From positions 210,001 to 242,000 of the forward strand of contig NZ_CP011041.1 of assembly GCF_002310835.1 (NCBI RefSeq): a stretch of 32,000 nt of DNA, given 5' to 3'. The notes below the pieces were generated by a model that made no database searches, was not told where the DNA came from, and saw only the letters and a list, made by a program, of their open reading frames with translations. Positions 29,542-32,000 of this stretch are shown here, in pieces. A program made the translations under genes and the position numbers. Within the stretch, counting starts at the first letter, position 1. The number at the start of each line of letters is the position of its first letter. This stretch comes from Pseudoalteromonas tetraodonis (GTDB lineage Bacteria > Pseudomonadota > Gammaproteobacteria > Enterobacterales > Alteromonadaceae).

Positions 29542-29671
29542 ATTTTTACAAAGTGAATAAAGTCTAGAACTAAAAATCGGTTTGAGTAAGCTTGTTTTTA
29601 AGTTTAGATTTTAATGGATTAACCCTGTCGACGTGCAGGGTTGTTGTGTCTGTAGTTAAGGTAATAATATT

Positions 29672-30049
29672 ATGAGCACGAATATAGAAACACCATCAAG
29701 TGGGATGGAGTCAGTAAAGTGGTTAGTAGCAATTGCGCTACTTGCAGGCGCAGTCGTTGGTAATCATATGTTTGCAGATCAGTCTGTATTACTACGTGCT
29801 ATTGGCGTTGTGGTTGCAATAGCGGCGGGTTTAGCTATTGCTTCGCAAACTTTTAAGGGACGTACATTCCTTGCTTTTGCTAAAGAAGCGCGTATTGAAG
29901 TACGCAAAGTAATTTGGCCAACGCGTCAAGAAACAACGCACACGACATTAATCGTAATGGTTGCAACAGTGATTATGGCACTTATCCTTTGGGGATTAGA
30001 TGGCATTTTATTCCGCGCTGTAGGCTTTTTAACTGGATTGGAGATCTGA
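29672..30049 (+). CDS. secE: Preprotein translocase subunit SecE
   Basis: 125 aa with three hydrophobic segments. The C-terminal conserved block [27 protein letters not shown] is present. The position before nusG is canonical. Confidence 0.93.
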   Translation: MSTNIETPSSGMESVKWLVAIALLAGAVVGNHMFADQSVLLRAIGVVVAIAAGLAIASQTFKGRTFLAFAKEARIEVRKVIWPTRQETTHTTLIVMVATVIMALILWGLDGILFRAVGFLTGLEI

Positions 30050-30053
30050 TCCC

Positions 30054-30611
30054 ATGTCGGATGAGAATAACGAAAAGAAACTACGTTGGTACGTAGTACA
30101 AGCTTTCTCAGGTTATGAGAAGCGTGTTGCTCAAACATTATTAGAGCACATTAAAATCAAAGGCCTAGAAGATAGCTTTGGTGAAGTATTAGTTCCTACT
30201 GAAGAAGTAGTTGAGATGCGTGCTGGTCAAAAGCGTAAGTCTGAGCGTAAATTCTTCCCAGGTTACGTACTAGTACAAATGGATATGAACGATGCAAGCT
30301 GGCACTTAGTAAATAGCACTGAACGTGTTATGGGCTTTATTGGTGGCACATCAGACCGTCCTGCACCCATTAGTTCTAAAGAAGCTGATCGCATTCTTAA
30401 TCGCCTACAAGAAAACGCTGAAGCGCCTAAACCAGCAACATTATTTGAACCAGGTGAAGTGGTTCGTGTTACTGATGGTCCATTTGCTGACTTTAGTGGT
30501 GTGGTTGAAGAAGTTGACTACGAAAAGAGCCGCGTAAAAGTATCGGTACTTATTTTTGGTCGTTCTACGCCAGTTGAACTTGAGTTTGGTCAAGTTGAAC
30601 AAGATAAGTAA
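30054..30611 (+). CDS. nusG: Transcription termination/antitermination factor NusG
   Basis: 185 aa. [17 protein letters not shown]..., FPGYVLVQM, and a KOW region [41 protein letters not shown]. Confidence 0.97.
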   Translation: MSDENNEKKLRWYVVQAFSGYEKRVAQTLLEHIKIKGLEDSFGEVLVPTEEVVEMRAGQKRKSERKFFPGYVLVQMDMNDASWHLVNSTERVMGFIGGTSDRPAPISSKEADRILNRLQENAEAPKPATLFEPGEVVRVTDGPFADFSGVVEEVDYEKSRVKVSVLIFGRSTPVELEFGQVEQDK

Positions 30612-30662
30612 TTGATTTAAAGCGTTGTGTTAAAAGTTTCTTAATTTTTGGCACGAAGCTTG

Positions 30663-30701
30663 AAAAAGGCCGCTGATTAACTTATAATCAGCGGCCTTTT
30701 T
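30663..30701 (+). terminator. Rho-independent terminator or attenuator between nusG and rplK
   Basis: AAAAAGGCCGCTGATTA-ACTTA-TAATCAGCGGCCTTTTT: a 12-bp perfect stem plus a T-run. Confidence 0.8.
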
Positions 30702-30762
30702 GTATTCAGGGAAAACGTTTGTTTAACTGTTTACTAAAAAGTGAGAAACCAATTTTTAAACT

Positions 30763-30809
30763 GGGAAGCCGCTAGAGTACGCGTCCTCGCGCGCACAAGG
30801 CTAAGACCC
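30763..30809 (+). promoter_or_regulatory. Candidate L1 autoregulatory binding site (23S rRNA L1-stalk mimic) in the rplKA leader
   Basis: GGGAAGCC (30763-30770) pairs with GGCT-AAGA-CCC (30799-30809), leaving an asymmetric AAGA bulge. This gives the GGGA.../...UAAGACC signature known for L1 binding sites. An internal CGCG-TCCT-CGCG hairpin is present. The site ends 20 nt before the rplK ATG. Confidence 0.45.
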
Positions 30810-30828
30810 ACCTAATGAGGTATTTATA

Positions 30829-31257
30829 ATGGCTAAGAAAGTTGAAGCTCTAATCAAGCTACAAGTTGCTGCTGGTATGGCTAACCCTAGTCCTCCAGTA
30901 GGTCCAGCACTAGGTCAACACGGTGTAAACATCATGGAATTCTGTAAAGCGTTCAACGCACGTACAGAATCTATCGAAAAAGGCGCTCCAGTTCCTGTAG
31001 TGATCTCTGTTTACGGCGACCGTTCATTTACGTTCGACATGAAAACGCCACCGGCTGCTTACTTACTTAAGAAAGCTGCAGGTATCAAATCTGGTTCAGG
31101 CCGTCCTAACACTGAAAAAGTAGGCACAGTAACTCGTGCTCAACTTGAAGAAATCGTTGAGACAAAGAAACCAGACCTTACAGCTTCTGATTTAGAAGCT
31201 GCGGTTCGCACTATCGCAGGTTCTGCGCGTGCGATGGGCTTGAACGTAGAGGACTAA
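30829..31257 (+). CDS. rplK: 50S ribosomal protein L11
   Basis: 142 aa. [39 protein letters not shown] is the canonical L11 sequence. Confidence 0.98.
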   Translation: MAKKVEALIKLQVAAGMANPSPPVGPALGQHGVNIMEFCKAFNARTESIEKGAPVPVVISVYGDRSFTFDMKTPPAAYLLKKAAGIKSGSGRPNTEKVGTVTRAQLEEIVETKKPDLTASDLEAAVRTIAGSARAMGLNVED

Positions 31258-31261
31258 GATA

Positions 31262-31966
31262 ATGGCTAAATTAACTAAACGTATGCGTACTATCCGCGAA
31301 AAAGTGGAAGTAACTAAAGATTACGAAATTAACGAAGCAGTTGCTCTTTTAAAAGAATTAGCGACAGCTAAATTCGTAGAAAGTGTTGACGTTGCTGTTA
31401 ACCTTGGTATCGATGCTCGTAAATCTGATCAAAACGTTCGTGGTGCGACTGTACTACCTAACGGTACTGGTCGTGACGTTCGTGTTGCTGTATTCACTCA
31501 AGGCGCTAATGCAGAAGCTGCAAAAGAAGCCGGTGCTGAATTAGTAGGCATGGAAGATCTTGCTGAACTAGTTAAGAAAGGCGAGATGAATTTTGACGTT
31601 GTTGTTGCATCACCAGACGCTATGCGTGTTGTTGGTCAACTAGGTCAAATCTTAGGCCCACGTGGTCTAATGCCAAACCCTAAAACTGGTACTGTAACAC
31701 CTAACGTTGCAGAAGCAGTTAAAAATGCGAAAGCAGGTCAAGTGCGTTACCGCAATGACAAAAATGGTATCATCCATACTACGATTGGTAAGGTTGATTT
31801 CACTGCTGAGCAGTTACAACAAAACCTTGAAGCTCTAATTGTTGCGCTTAAGAAGGCTAAACCTTCTCAAGCTAAAGGTGTTTACTTGAAGAAAGTAACT
31901 ATCTCTACAACAATGGGCGCAGGTGTTTCTGTTGACCAAAGCACTTTAAGCACAGTTGTTGCTTAA
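31262..31966 (+). CDS. rplA: 50S ribosomal protein L1
   Basis: 234 aa. [14 protein letters not shown]...[31 protein letters not shown] is the canonical L1 sequence. It starts 4 nt after rplK. Confidence 0.98.
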   Translation: MAKLTKRMRTIREKVEVTKDYEINEAVALLKELATAKFVESVDVAVNLGIDARKSDQNVRGATVLPNGTGRDVRVAVFTQGANAEAAKEAGAELVGMEDLAELVKKGEMNFDVVVASPDAMRVVGQLGQILGPRGLMPNPKTGTVTPNVAEAVKNAKAGQVRYRNDKNGIIHTTIGKVDFTAEQLQQNLEALIVALKKAKPSQAKGVYLKKVTISTTMGAGVSVDQSTLSTVVA

Positions 31967-32000
31967 TTGAGTGTTTACATGGCGTGAAATTTGTACTATA

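Noticed and set aside
31974-32000. Promoter for the downstream rplJL operon (TTTACA at 31974-31979 with a possible -10 starting at TATA at the last bases).
   Set aside because: The -10 hexamer runs off the window edge and alternative spacings are poor, so it cannot be supported from this window.

Overview
The window reads as chromosomal backbone of a marine gammaproteobacterium. Low GC, gene content and synteny suggest Alteromonadales or Pseudoalteromonas, but this was not verified by any search. About 30 protein genes are tightly packed and almost all are recognisable housekeeping functions. From left to right they are: a partial 2OG-oxygenase-like ORF running off the left edge; a hotdog thioesterase; glpK-glpD; a DUF465 small protein; pabA; an HDOD protein; argD(astC)-astA-astD; a small unknown protein; an OsmC-like protein; speD; a secreted M24 peptidase; an SdaC/TdcC-like transporter; a six-gene same-strand sulfate-activation cluster cysG-cysD-cysN-(SLC13 permease)-cysC-cysQ; deoC; a 166-aa orphan ORF; a CsgG-like lipoprotein with a C-terminal peptidoglycan-binding-like domain; a roughly 1330-aa one-polypeptide hybrid two-component system; and tRNA-Trp followed by secE-nusG-rplK-rplA. 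I found no CRISPR array, rRNA, transposase, integrase, phage gene or recognisable defence or toxin-antitoxin module. Several clean Rho-independent terminators, a pair of REP-like palindromic repeats, a strong promoter for tRNA-Trp and an L1-binding-site-like leader before rplK can be read directly. I do not see convincing evidence for a new multi-gene system. The least explained stretch is 23.5-29.4 kb, containing the orphan ORF, the CsgG/PG-binding fusion and the orphan HTCS. It deserves follow-up, but its function is inference only.
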